Source of the DNA: an uncultured delta proteobacterium
GTDB lineage: Bacteria > Desulfobacterota > Binatia > JACPRU01
Assembly: GCA_963745025.1 (NCBI GenBank)
Contig: CAVUWD010000006.1
Coordinates: 532,211 to 596,210, forward strand
Length of the DNA stretch: 64,000 bases
Reading direction: 5' to 3'
Under the pieces are notes generated by a model. The model did no database searches. It saw only the letters and a list, made by a program, of their open reading frames with translations, and was not told where the DNA came from. Every line of letters begins with the position of its first letter. Within the stretch, counting starts at the first letter, position 1. The position numbers and the translations under genes are program-made. This document shows, one piece after another, positions 51,519 through 61,472 of the stretch.

Positions 51519-52067
51519 TCAGGCAACCGTGCGGAGATCACTCCGAACCATGCGAACCGCCGGACCTTCCGGACTCTCCACGTCGACGAAGCCGAGCCGC
51601 TTTGCGAGGCCCAGCATGCGCGTGTTGGTGGCGAGGATGTATCCCTCCATGCGCTCGAACCCCCGCGCGCGGGCGGTCCGCATCAGCGCCTCGAGCAGCC
51701 GGCGCGCGAGACCCAGCCCATGCAATTCGTCGGCTACGGCCACCGCAAACTCGCAGTCCGTGCTTCCCGCAGCGGCAGCGTAGCGCGCCCCGCCGACGAT
51801 CTTTTCCCGCCCTCCTTCGCCGACGACGGCGACGAGTTGCAGCTCGCGGTCCGCTTCGGGATGCGTTGCGCGCTCGAGCAGTTGCGGGGATAGCTCGCGC
51901 AGAGGGGACATGAAACGGTAGTAGCGCGACTCGGCGGAGAGGGCGCGCACAGCCTCCTGGAGCTTGTCCTTGTCTTCCGCGCGGATCGCGCGCAACGTCA
52001 CGCGCCGCCCGTCTCGCAACTCGACGTCGAGGGGGTTGAACTCGGTCTCTGGAGCGACGGCTGGCAT
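51519..52067 (-). CDS. GNAT N-acetyltransferase (Pat-like stand-alone domain)
   Basis: LRDGRRVTLR, SRYYRF, EFAVAVADELHGLGLA, NTRMLGL...LGF. Confidence 0.88.
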   Translation of the reverse strand: MPAVAPETEFNPLDVELRDGRRVTLRAIRAEDKDKLQEAVRALSAESRYYRFMSPLRELSPQLLERATHPEADRELQLVAVVGEGGREKIVGGARYAAAAGSTDCEFAVAVADELHGLGLARRLLEALMRTARARGFERMEGYILATNTRMLGLAKRLGFVDVESPEGPAVRMVRSDLRTVA

Positions 52068-52107
52068 CGGAGCTTCGAGCGGTCGGCCGAGATCAGACGG
52101 CTCGCGC

Positions 52108-52972
52108 TCAGAACTTCTCGGGGATGAACTTGAACGGATAGTCCGGCTCGCGGTAGCCGTGCGGCTTCTGCCGGTCCGGCAGCTTCACCTTGTCGCGCGG
52201 CACCTTCTTGTACGGAATCTTGCTCAGCAGGTGGGTGATGAGGTTCAAGCGCGCGCGCTTCTTGTCGTCGGAATTCACCACGTACCACGGCGCCCACGGC
52301 GTGTCGGTCGCCTTGAACATCTCGTCGCGCGCCCGCGAATAGTCGTACCAGCGGCTGTACGATTCGCAGATCCATCGGCGAGAGCTTCCAGATCTTGCGG
52401 CCGTCGTCGATGCGCGCTTCGAGCCGGCGGGTCTGCTCCTCCATGCTCACCTCCAGCCAGTACTTGAGCAGGATGATGCCGGATTCGATCATGATCTTTT
52501 CGAAGGCCGGCGCCAGTTGGAGGAAGCGCTTCACCGCCTCCTCGGGGCAGAAGCCCATCACGCGCTCGACGCCCGCGCGGTTGTACCAACTGCGGTCCCA
52601 GATCACGACTTCGCCGGCCGCCGGCAGGTGCGGCAGATAGCGCTGGACGTACATCTGACTCTTCTCGCGCTCGGTCGGCGTGGGCAGCGCGATGACGCGA
52701 AATACGCGCGGGCTCACGCGCTCGGTGATCGCCTTGATCGTGCCGCCCTTGCCGGCGCCGTCGCGGCCCTCGAAGATGATGCAGACCTTGAGCCCCTTCG
52801 CCTTGACCCACTCCTGGAGCTTGACCAACTCGACGTGCAGCTTGGCCAACTGCTTTTCGTATTTCTTGGTCGTCAGCTCTCTTGTCCTTGTCTTGTCCCT
52901 TGTCCTTGTCGCCGCCTTGCCTTTGCCATTGTCGCCGCTTCCGTCTGATTTCTTGCCGGTGTCAGCCATCAT
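52108..52972 (-). pseudogene. ppk2: Polyphosphate kinase 2 with one frameshift near 52365
   Basis: FEGRDGAGKGG, DRSWYNR, WKLSPMDL then frameshift to SYSRWYDYSRARDEMFKATDT. Confidence 0.88.
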
Positions 52973-53059
52973 TGCCTCTCCTCGACCCTGCTCTCGGCGC
53001 AAGGGATTCCGGGCTCGCTCCGAAGTGGAACCTGTCCCATCTATGTACGGCGCCGTCAA

Positions 53060-53490
53060 TACCGCCTTGACCACACCGAACGTGTATTTCTGTCCCGGTA
53101 CGGGCAGATCGACGGCGTCGTCGCACGTGATCTGCAGGAACACGCCGGTATTCGGACCCCCTTTGTACGCCTGCCCCGTCGAGTGCAAGAGGCGCGGTCC
53201 AAATCCGAGACACGTGGCCGCGCGCTTGGCGTCGCGCACGGCTTGACGGATCGCCTGTATCGCCGCTCGTGCGCCTCATTCATCTCGATATAGGCCAGAA
53301 GCGCGAAATATCCTCCGGCGCTGAGCCGGTCCAGATGCGCCTTGAGATAACGCCGCCAGTGTTTCATTGCCCTTCGTCATCTTCGTCAAGGGCCGCTGCA
53401 TTCTTCTCATCCGTGGATGGCTTGATTCCCTCCCCTGTGAAGAACGGCATCTCGGCAGGCAGTGACTTGCGTTTTCGTACTCCGCGGTCA
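53060..53490 (-). pseudogene. Internal fragment of bifunctional transaldolase/phosphoglucose isomerase
   Basis: SLPAEMPFFTGEGIK, YLKAHL..GYFALLAY, GFGPRLLHSTGQAYKGGPNTG spread over several frames. Confidence 0.7.
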
Positions 53491-53596
53491 CCCATTCGGG
53501 TCGCGGTCTTGCTGACTCGGGTTGATACCAAGGATCCGAGGATCGAATCGGCCACCGTCGGCGCGATCTTCCCGTCAACCGATGGTAGAATAGGAC

Positions 53597-55072
53597 ATGA
53601 TGCCACCCAGGCGACGACGAACCCTCACCGCGCTCATCGCGGTGCTTCTCAACTTCGTGACGACCGCTCCGCTCAGTGCCGCCGAGAAACCGGCGAGGGC
53701 GGAATTACCCGTCGAGTATTTCGCGCGGCGCAAGTTGACCGGCGATTTCGACGCGATGCTGAAGCGGCGCTACATGCGCGTGCTCGTCGTCAACAGCAAG
53801 ATGCTCTACTTCATCGACCGCGGCCGCCAGGGCGGCTTGACGTACGAGGTCTTCAAGCTCTTCGAGGACGAGGTCAATCGCGAGCAGAAGAACAAGCGCC
53901 TTCGCTTCCACGTCGTCTTCATTCCCGTACCGCGGGATCAGCTGATCCCGAAGCTGGTCGACGGCTTCGGCGACGTCGCGGCTGCCAACTTGACGATTAC
54001 GCCCGAGCGCGAAAAGCGCGTCGCCTTCAGTGCTCCGGCCGTCAAGGGAATCAACGAGATCGCGGTCACGGGTCCGCACTCACCCTCGATCGCCGGAGTC
54101 GAGGACCTTTCGGGCAAAGAGGTCTTCGTTCGCAAGTCGAGCAGCTACTACGAGCACCTCGTCGAGCTGAACCGCGAGCTCGCCAGGAAGGACAAGCCCG
54201 CGGTCATTCTCAAGGCCGCGCCCGAGGAGCTCGAGGACGAGGACCTCCTCGAAATGGTGAATGCGGGCCTGGTCGAGATCGTGGTCGTCGACAACCACAT
54301 CGCTCGTTTCTGGAGCCAGGTCTTCGGCGACATCCGCCTTCACGAAGACGTCGTCATCCACGAGGGAGGCGACATCGCGTGGATGATGCGCAAGAAGAGC
54401 CCGAAGTTGAAGGCGGCGCTCGACCGCCACCTCGCGAGACACGGCCTTGGCCAAGCGTTCGGCAACGATGTCCTCCGCCGCTATCTGAAGAATGCGAAAT
54501 ACGTGAAGAATGCGGCTACCGAGGCGGAGATGAGGAAGTTCACGAAGGTCGTAGACTTCTTCAAGAGATACGGGGGCCAGTACCACGTCGAGCCGCTGCT
54601 GATGGCCGCGCAGGGCTACCAGGAGTCGCAGCTCGACCAGTCCAAGCGGAGTCACGCCGGCGCGATCGGCGTAATGCAGGTCCTCCCGGCGACGGGCAAG
54701 GAGCTGGGGGTCGGCGACATCAAGTTGATGGAAGCGAACGTACACGCGGGCGTCAAGTACATTCGCTTCATGATCGATCAGTACTACGCGAACGAACCGA
54801 TGGACGACATGAACAAGGTCCTCTTCGCCTTCGCCGCGTACAATGCCGGCCCGACCCGCATCGGTAACCTCCGTCGACAAGCCGCGAAACGAGGGCTCGA
54901 TCCCAACGTCTGGTTCAACAACGTCGAGATCGTCGCGGCCGAGAAGATAGGACGGGAGACCGTGCAGTACGTGAGCAACATCTACAAGTACTACGTAGCC
55001 TATAAGCTCATCGAAGAGTCTCGCCTGGCCAAGGAGGCGGCGAAGCAGAAGACGAACGGCAAGGGGCGCTGA
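53597..55072 (+). CDS. MltF-like lytic transglycosylase (substrate-binding plus SLT domains)
   Basis: AANLTITPER, AQGYQESQL, GAIGVMQV, AAYNAGP, GRETVQYV. Confidence 0.88.
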   Translation: MMPPRRRRTLTALIAVLLNFVTTAPLSAAEKPARAELPVEYFARRKLTGDFDAMLKRRYMRVLVVNSKMLYFIDRGRQGGLTYEVFKLFEDEVNREQKNKRLRFHVVFIPVPRDQLIPKLVDGFGDVAAANLTITPEREKRVAFSAPAVKGINEIAVTGPHSPSIAGVEDLSGKEVFVRKSSSYYEHLVELNRELARKDKPAVILKAAPEELEDEDLLEMVNAGLVEIVVVDNHIARFWSQVFGDIRLHEDVVIHEGGDIAWMMRKKSPKLKAALDRHLARHGLGQAFGNDVLRRYLKNAKYVKNAATEAEMRKFTKVVDFFKRYGGQYHVEPLLMAAQGYQESQLDQSKRSHAGAIGVMQVLPATGKELGVGDIKLMEANVHAGVKYIRFMIDQYYANEPMDDMNKVLFAFAAYNAGPTRIGNLRRQAAKRGLDPNVWFNNVEIVAAEKIGRETVQYVSNIYKYYVAYKLIEESRLAKEAAKQKTNGKGR

Positions 55073-55089
55073 AGGGAGGTGGGTCGACC

Positions 55090-55290
55090 ATGCTCGAAAC
55101 AGAACTGCGCGAGCGATCACCGGCCGCCGAGCGCCTGATCCGTTCCCTCTACAACTGCGATCGCCGCCACTCCCTCAAGGTGACGGTGGATTGGTGCATC
55201 GAGAATCCGCTCGAGGGCGAGCCTCTCCCGGACGGCGACCCGCGCATGAAAGCCCTCGCGGCGTATCTCCTCTCCGAGCCGTCGCCGTGA
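55090..55290 (+). pseudogene. Cytochrome c C-terminal remnant
   Basis: WCIENPLEGEPL..GDPRMKAL.AYL; no CxxCH. Confidence 0.45.
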
Positions 55291-55613
55291 GGACGGAACC
55301 CGGCAAACACTGAGCCTGGGCGCACAACCACGGCGATTAGCCTCGATGCGAAACTCTCGTGATGCCCCGCCGATCCGAAATTCGCACGGGTCCCGTCGTC
55401 GGCGCAGCCCGCGCCCACTTTCGGATCGCGGCTAGCTGCCTGGCCGCGGTCGTCTTCGCCGACGACAACGCCGCCTGCAGCTTCGCCTCGTCCTCGTGCG
55501 ATAGCGGGCGCTCGCGCCGACACCGCCTGCAAGGGCCGGAAAGCCGCACAACGGTCGATCTCGGACGCCGGCACTTCCTCATCTCCTGCCCCGCTTTGAC
55601 GGCTCCGACGTCA

Positions 55614-55638
55614 CCTCTCCCCCGCAAGCGGGGAGAGG
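55614..55638. repeat. REP-like GC palindrome
   Basis: CCTCTCCCCCGC-AA-GCGGGGAGAGG. Confidence 0.55.
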
Positions 55639-55708
55639 GAGAAGAGCCCGCACCCGCGGGAGAGATCGTGCATTGATCGTGACCCGATCCGTTCGCTAGG
55701 CTGCCGCC

Positions 55709-57343
55709 ATGACCAGTACACCCTACGACATCGGCCTCGAACGCAACCCGGCGAATTTCCAACCGCTGACGCCACTGACGCTGCTGGAGCGCGCGGCGTC
55801 GGTGTTTCCGGGCCAGACCGCGATCATTCACGGTCCGCTGCGGCGAACGTATGCCGAGTATTATGCGCGCGCGCGAAAACTCGCTTCGGCGTTGAGCCGG
55901 CGCGGTATCCGGCGCGGCGACACCGTGTCGGTCGTGCTCGCCAACACGCCGGCGATGCTGGAGGCACACTACGGCGTGCCGATGATGGGCGCGGTGCTCA
56001 ACACCATCAACACGCGGCTCGATCCCGCCACCATCGCCTTCCAGTTCGACCACGCCGAAACCAAGATCCTGATCACCGACCGCGAGTTCTCCAAAGTGGT
56101 GAGAGAGGCGCTGGCGCTGGCCAAGGCAAAACCGCTCATCGTCGATTACGACGACCCGGAATATTTTGGGCCGGGCGAGCGATTGGGCGCGGTTGAATAC
56201 GAGGGCTTCATCGAGGACGGCAATCCGGACTTTGCCTGGCGCATGCCGGATGACGAGTGGGACGCCATCACCCTCAACTACACCTCCGGCACCACCGGCG
56301 ATCCCAAGGGCGTGGTCTATCACCACCGCGGCGCCTACCTTCTTGCCATCGGCAACGTGCTGACCGGCTCGATGCCCAAGCACTGCGTCTATCTCTGGAC
56401 GCTGCCGATGTTCCACTGCAACGGCTGGTGCTTCCCCTGGACGGTCTCGGTCGTGGCCGGCACGCACGTCTGCCTGCGGGCGGTGCGCGCCAAGGCGATG
56501 TACGACGCCATCGCCACCCACAAGGTCACGCATCTCTGTGGCGCGCCGATCGTGATGTCGACATTGCTCAACGCGCCGGCCGAGGAGAAGAAACCGCTGC
56601 CACACCGTGTCGAGTTCTTCACCGCCGCGGCGCCGCCGCCGGAGGCCGTGCTGGCAGCGATGAAGGAAGCAGGCTTCAACGTCACCCATCTCTACGGCTT
56701 GACCGAGACCTACGGCCCCGCCACCACCAACGAATGGCACGCCGCCTGGGACGCGCTGCCGCTGTCCGAACAGGCGGCGAAGAAAGCGCGCCAGGGCGTG
56801 CGCTATGTGCCGCTGGAGGCGCTCGACGTGCTCGACCCCGACACCATGCAGCAGGTCGCCCGCGACGGCCAATCCCTGGGCGAGGTGATGTTCCGCGGCA
56901 ACGTGGTGATGAAGGGCTACCTCAAGAACAGGGCATCGACCGATAAGGCGTTTTCAGGCGGCTGGTTCCACTCCGGCGATCTCGGGGTCATGCATCCCGA
57001 CGGCTACATCCAGCTCAAGGACCGTTCCAAGGACATCATCATCTCCGGCGGCGAAAACATTTCCTCGATCGAGGTGGAGGACGCTCTCTACAAGCACCCG
57101 GCAGTGCAGGCCGCGGCGGTGGTGGCGAAGCCCGACGAGAAATGGGGCGAGACGCCCTGCGCGTTCGTGGAATTGAAGCCGGGGCAGAGCGCGAGCAGCG
57201 AGGAACTGGTGGCGTGGTGCAAGAAGATCCTCGCCGGCTACAAGGTGCCGCGTCACGTGGTGTTCACGGAACTGCCGAAGACCAACACGGGAAAGATTCA
57301 GAAGTTCAAACTGAGGGAACTGGCGAAGGGGTTTACGATCTGA
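55709..57343 (+). CDS. Acyl-CoA synthetase (AMP-binding, PRK08162/DmdB-like)
   Basis: YTSGTTGDPKG, LPMFHCNGW, YGLTETYGP, GWFHSGD, GGENISS, TGKIQK. Confidence 0.93.
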   Translation: MTSTPYDIGLERNPANFQPLTPLTLLERAASVFPGQTAIIHGPLRRTYAEYYARARKLASALSRRGIRRGDTVSVVLANTPAMLEAHYGVPMMGAVLNTINTRLDPATIAFQFDHAETKILITDREFSKVVREALALAKAKPLIVDYDDPEYFGPGERLGAVEYEGFIEDGNPDFAWRMPDDEWDAITLNYTSGTTGDPKGVVYHHRGAYLLAIGNVLTGSMPKHCVYLWTLPMFHCNGWCFPWTVSVVAGTHVCLRAVRAKAMYDAIATHKVTHLCGAPIVMSTLLNAPAEEKKPLPHRVEFFTAAAPPPEAVLAAMKEAGFNVTHLYGLTETYGPATTNEWHAAWDALPLSEQAAKKARQGVRYVPLEALDVLDPDTMQQVARDGQSLGEVMFRGNVVMKGYLKNRASTDKAFSGGWFHSGDLGVMHPDGYIQLKDRSKDIIISGGENISSIEVEDALYKHPAVQAAAVVAKPDEKWGETPCAFVELKPGQSASSEELVAWCKKILAGYKVPRHVVFTELPKTNTGKIQKFKLRELAKGFTI

Positions 57344-57488
57344 GTTACGGATAGTGATTCTCATCGAGCGGGAGGCGGATCGACGCTTTGAGCGTGTTCC
57401 AGATATAGCCCACGACCCCTCGCCGGGCCGCGGGCGTCACCACTTTTTCGAGACCACCGCCTTCAGCGCCTGGTTCTGATCCCCCGCC

Positions 57489-58049
57489 TTACTTCACCGG
57501 CGCCATCAGGTGCTGGTACGGCGTGCCCGCAAACATGATGTAGGGCACGGACGTGTCCGGGTCCGCATCCTTCGGGTACTGGTCGTAGAACGAGGCATCC
57601 GCGCCGACGATCATCACGTGCGGGCCCGTCTTGATCCAGTGGTTGTCCTTCGTCGGCTTCGCGGCATACGGATCGGTATTGCTCGCGTCCGTGCCGCCCT
57701 CGAGCATGTACATGAAGCCGACCTTGGCCGGCGGCTTGGTGTGGTTCGTCCATGCGTGGACCCAGCCGTCCGCATTCCTGTCCCAGCACATGGGATCGGG
57801 CCCCGGCGTCGCCGGGTTATCGGGCATGCAGGTCCAGATACTCGTTCCCTTGCGCAGCACGGCCATCTTGCCGTCGACCGTCATGTTGATGATCGTCGCC
57901 TTCTGCGCGACTGCAGCGGGTGCAGCCGCCATCGCACTTGCGATGAGCGCGGCATCGCCGCTGGCCGCCGGCTCGTCGGCGGCAAGGGTTGCGGGCATCG
58001 CCGCGATCAGCGCGAGACCCACCATCATCGATACCGTCTTCCTGTACAT
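57489..58049 (-). CDS. Conserved secreted hypothetical protein (Met/His/Cys motifs)
   Basis: Signal peptide; WTCMPD, DPMC, YMLEGG, GPHVM, YQHLM. Confidence 0.75.
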   Translation of the reverse strand: MYRKTVSMMVGLALIAAMPATLAADEPAASGDAALIASAMAAAPAAVAQKATIINMTVDGKMAVLRKGTSIWTCMPDNPATPGPDPMCWDRNADGWVHAWTNHTKPPAKVGFMYMLEGGTDASNTDPYAAKPTKDNHWIKTGPHVMIVGADASFYDQYPKDADPDTSVPYIMFAGTPYQHLMAPVK

Positions 58050-58282
58050 GGTCGTTCCCCCTCTGTGGACGTAGTTGAGGGCGCGAGGTCCGCGCACACG
58101 CGTCGTCCAGGGCGTGCGATGCGCGGACGCGGGCGCGCGGACGACATCATCTACGCCTGTCGCGGCGCAACATGCAATTGACGCGACCGGCACGCGGTCC
58201 CGGAAGTTGCTCAGAACAAGCCGCGGATGAGCAGCAGCAGGCCGAAGGTGATCGTCTGCCGCTGAGGATGGCCGCGACGAGC

Positions 58283-58756
58283 TCAGGGCTTCGGGGGTAT
58301 GCGCAGCACCTGCCCGACGTAGATCTTGTCGGGGTCCTTGAGCATCGGCTTGTTGGCCTCGAAGATCAGCATGTACTTGGAGGCTGCGCCGTAGTGCTCC
58401 TTGGCGATGCTCGATAGATTGTCGCCCTTCTTCACGGTGTAGAAGACCGCTGCCGGCCCAGCAGCGGCCGCTGGCGACGAGCCCGCGGCGACTTCGAGCC
58501 GATCGTCGACGCTGCCGACACCGGCCGTGTTGCCGACGGCCAACACGATCTTCTCCGCGATCTCTCGCGACGAAACCTTGCCCGTCAGCACGGCGACTTC
58601 TCCGTTGAGAGCAACGGCGAAATCGGTCACGGGTAAACCGAGCTTTGCCGGCACGTTCTTCAGGGCCGCCTGCCTCCACGCCTGCTCCGCCGCCTTGTCA
58701 TCCGGGGCACCCGCAAGCTTCTCGCCAACGCTCGCTATGAAACTGAAGATCCCCAT
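58283..58756 (-). CDS. BON-LysM protein (Kbp/YgaU family)
   Basis: MGIFSFI..VGEKL, VGN.AGV..VDDRL, YTVKKGDNLSSIAK...IFEANKPML..PDKIY. Confidence 0.9.
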   Translation of the reverse strand: MGIFSFIASVGEKLAGAPDDKAAEQAWRQAALKNVPAKLGLPVTDFAVALNGEVAVLTGKVSSREIAEKIVLAVGNTAGVGSVDDRLEVAAGSSPAAAAGPAAVFYTVKKGDNLSSIAKEHYGAASKYMLIFEANKPMLKDPDKIYVGQVLRIPPKP

Positions 58757-58976
58757 GGCGCCGCCTCCTTTCGCGGTGGTTCGATCGGTTTAGGACTCGA
58801 CCCGACGAAAAGCAACCCGATAAGCGCTTCGGCGAAGAGACGCCTCGAGCCTTCCACGCTCGATAGGCCTCGACTTTCCCCCGGCCGAGGTAGTACGTTT
58901 CCACCACGCGAAGGTGAGCAGTAAGAGCGACGAAACGATCGCGTCGCGCTGCCGATGAAGCGCAAGGAGGGACGCG

Positions 58977-59228
58977 GTGCTCGAGATCATCTGGATCGTT
59001 CTCATCGGAGCCGTGGTCGGCGCCCTGGCGAAGTTCTTCATGCCGGGACCGGATCCGGGAGGCTTCTTCCTGACGGCTGTCCTCGGCATGGGAGGGGCGC
59101 TCGTCGCTACGCTGCTCGGGCGGTTCGCAGGATTCTACGGCCCGGGTGACGGCGCGGGCTTCGTCGCTTCCATCCTTGGGGCAATCCTCGTGCTTTTCGT
59201 CTATCGGCGGGTGACGGCGCGACCGTGA
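58977..59228 (+). CDS. GlsB/YeaQ/YmgE family membrane protein
   Basis: IGAVVGALAKFFMPG.DPGGF...SILGAILVLFVYR. Confidence 0.88.
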   Translation: MLEIIWIVLIGAVVGALAKFFMPGPDPGGFFLTAVLGMGGALVATLLGRFAGFYGPGDGAGFVASILGAILVLFVYRRVTARP

Positions 59229-59249
59229 ACCCGCGAAAAGGAGTGAGCC

Positions 59250-59738
59250 ATGGGCTTTCTCGATCAGTTGCTCGGTAGCGGACAGCTGCAAAGCGAATTC
59301 AAAGACTTCGTGAATCGGTACGAACAGGGGCATCCCGCCGAGGGCTACTCGGACCAGGAGGTCGTCCAACGATACAGCGACGTAGCGCATGCGGTCCCCC
59401 AGGACCAGTACGCGCAGGCGGTACAAGAGGCGCTCGCGCGCCTGTCGCCGGAGGAGCGCGCGGCGTTCGTGAAGATGCTCCAGGAACGAGCGCAGGCGAA
59501 GGGGGTGGCGCTGCCTTCACAGGTGGGCGCGGATCCACGGGAGCTGGGCCAGGTGGTCACTGACTTGCATCAGACGCCGGGCCGGCTTCGGGATATCCTG
59601 AGCGGAGGCGATGCTCCGACGCAGGCGGCTGGGCCGAGCCCGCTCGCCGGCGTGCTCGCATCTCCGATAGCCAGGGCGGCGCTCGCGGGGATCACCGCCA
59701 TGCTCGTCAAGCGAGTCATGCGGGGCAGCGCTGGGTAG
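59250..59738 (+). CDS. Hypothetical protein
   Basis: AGGAG RBS; co-oriented and closely spaced after the glsB-like gene. Confidence 0.7.
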   Translation: MGFLDQLLGSGQLQSEFKDFVNRYEQGHPAEGYSDQEVVQRYSDVAHAVPQDQYAQAVQEALARLSPEERAAFVKMLQERAQAKGVALPSQVGADPRELGQVVTDLHQTPGRLRDILSGGDAPTQAAGPSPLAGVLASPIARAALAGITAMLVKRVMRGSAG

Positions 59739-59912
59739 CATGCCGACTCCGGTTCGAGTCGGGACGGCGTGAGCCGATCGTCCAGATTGCTTTTCGATTC
59801 GCGGACGTATCGTCAGCAATAACCTTCGAGCTAGCCCTGCGAGGCCAGGAATGAGATGAGGACCGCAGCAGCGAATCGTCTCATTTGAATCTTCGTATAG
59901 GAGGATGGCCTT

Positions 59913-60314
59913 ATGAGCATGCTGAGCGAGTTCCGCGAGTTTGCAGTCAAGGGCAACATGGTGGACATGGCCGTCGGCATCATCATTGGGGCTGCATTTG
60001 GCAAGATCGTCGGATCGCTGGTTGCCGATGTGTTGATGCCCCCCCTTGGGGTCGCTCTCGGCGGGGTCGACTTTAGTGACCTCGGCATTACCCTCAAGCA
60101 GGCCGCCGACAAGAGCCCCGCAGTCGTGCTTGGCTACGGCAAGTTCCTGCAGACCGCGTTTGACTTCCTGATCGTCGCTGCCGCCATGTTCATGGTCGTG
60201 AAGGGAATCAACACGCTGAAGCGAGAGAAGCCGGCCGCACCCGCCGCCCCACCGCCACCGACAAAGGAGGAGGTGCTGCTGACGGAGATTCGCGATCTGC
60301 TCGCGAAGCGCTAG
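59913..60314 (+). CDS. mscL: Large-conductance mechanosensitive channel
   Basis: [37 protein letters not shown]. Confidence 0.96.
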   Translation: MSMLSEFREFAVKGNMVDMAVGIIIGAAFGKIVGSLVADVLMPPLGVALGGVDFSDLGITLKQAADKSPAVVLGYGKFLQTAFDFLIVAAAMFMVVKGINTLKREKPAAPAAPPPPTKEEVLLTEIRDLLAKR

Positions 60315-60471
60315 CGGTGCGTTGCGGCGAAGCTCTTGAACGCCGCCTACACTGACTTCACAAGTGGGGTCTGGCCGCGTGGGCCGATCAGAGAGGTGAT
60401 TGGGCCGCGCGGTCCTCGGAATCGGTGGTCGGGATACGACGAACCGATGGCCCATTCCAACGCGTTGCCTC

Positions 60472-60594
60472 AGCGAAGAAGGCGAAGGGCATCATCGACG
60501 GCCGTCTCTACAAGGCGATCGAGGACGTGATGAAGGTGAAGGGCATCAAGCAGGGGCCTTCGCCAAGATCAAGGATCACATCACCGTGGATTGA
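60472..60594 (+). pseudogene. ComEA-type helix-hairpin-helix remnant
   Basis: KAKGIIDGRLYKAIEDVMKVKGIKQG then frameshift to FAKIKDHITVD*. Confidence 0.6.
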
Positions 60595-60635
60595 ACGCTC
60601 GCTTGCGGGCTTGTGCTAAGAAGAAGGGAGAGAAT

Positions 60636-60914
60636 ATGAGATCTGTTCTATTGTACGGAGTGGGGGCGCTTCTGCTCGCGACGGCAGCGATGGCGGGCCA
60701 GCCGAACGCCTACCAGGTGACGGGACCGGTGCTTGAGGTGAAGGACGACATGATCGCGGTGCAGAAGGGCAAGGACCGCTGGGAGCTCGCCCGCGACAAG
60801 GACACCAAAGTAACGGGTGACCTGAAGGTCGGGAGCAAGGTGACGATCCAGTACCGGATGACTGCGACGAGCATCGAGGCAACGGAAGCGAAAAGCGCGA
60901 ATACCAAGAAGTAG
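60636..60914 (+). CDS. Small secreted OB-fold-like protein
   Basis: Signal peptide; YQVTGPVLEV...LKVGSKVTIQY.MTA. Confidence 0.75.
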   Translation: MRSVLLYGVGALLLATAAMAGQPNAYQVTGPVLEVKDDMIAVQKGKDRWELARDKDTKVTGDLKVGSKVTIQYRMTATSIEATEAKSANTKK

Positions 60915-61039
60915 CCGGCAGCGGGCTTATAGCCCTCCGAAGGTTTTGGGATGAAGTCGCCAGGCGTAGCGACGCTCGACCATCAGGCAGACCTTGTGAG
61001 CTGCGAGCCGCACAGTTCTTCTCGAGCAGGACGAGTTCG

Positions 61040-61200
61040 AGAAGATCCACGACTTCCGTCGGACCGCCGCACGGCTCTACGTCCGCACAGGAACGCCCGA
61101 GCGCGTGGCCATGGAGATCCTCGGCCACAAAACGCGCTCGATCTTCGACCGCTACAACGTGACCTCGGAAGAGGACCGCCGCCAGGCGGCTGCCAGAGCG
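61040..61200 (+). pseudogene. Tyrosine integrase C-terminal remnant
   Basis: HDFRRTAA...[17 protein letters not shown], pointing at the tRNA 3' end. Confidence 0.8.
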
Positions 61201-61211
61201 GGAGTTGCGCC

Positions 61212-61233
61212 CGTTGGGGAAGCGTTGGGGAAG
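61212..61233. repeat. Tandem 11-bp repeat, putative integrase arm-type sites
   Basis: CGTTGGGGAAG x2. Confidence 0.5.
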
Positions 61234-61294
61234 AACGGGGAGAAGTCGGGGGGTGACGTCAGGTAGCGCCGCACGTAAGTGCGTGAAAAATCAA

Positions 61295-61380
61295 CGGAGG
61301 GGGTGGGATTCGAACCCACGAGGGTCGTTAGCCCTGCCGGTTTTCAAGACCGGTGCCTTCGACCGCTCGGCCACCCCTCC
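61295..61380 (-). tRNA. tRNA-Ser(TGA)
   Basis: GGAGGGG acceptor stem, TGGCCGAGCGG D-arm, CCGGT-CTTGAAA-ACCGG anticodon arm, long variable arm, GGTTCGAATCC T-loop; CCA not encoded. Confidence 0.96.
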
Positions 61381-61441
61381 ATGCTAAGACACGCTGAAAA
61401 TACCGTACCTTTTCTGAAGTCTCGCCGCCACGTGGTCCCCC

Positions 61442-61462
61442 TCTGCTACCATTCTGCTACCA
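61442..61462. repeat. Tandem repeat with 11-bp period, putative integrase arm-type sites
   Basis: TCTGCTACCA x2 (TGGTAGCAGA on the minus strand) just past the integrase end. Confidence 0.55.
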
Positions 61463-61472
61463 ACGCACAGCA

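Noticed and set aside
51998-53239. 413-aa ORF as a novel Pgi-PPK2 fusion
   Set aside because: The Pgi part is a decayed fragment; ppk2 has its own RBS and ATG at 52972, and the ORF tail is post-frameshift nonsense.
1-61294. Whole left region as one island bounded by a duplicated tRNA-Ser 3' end
   Set aside because: I saw no att duplicate by eye; an exact search is needed, so the island extent cannot be claimed.
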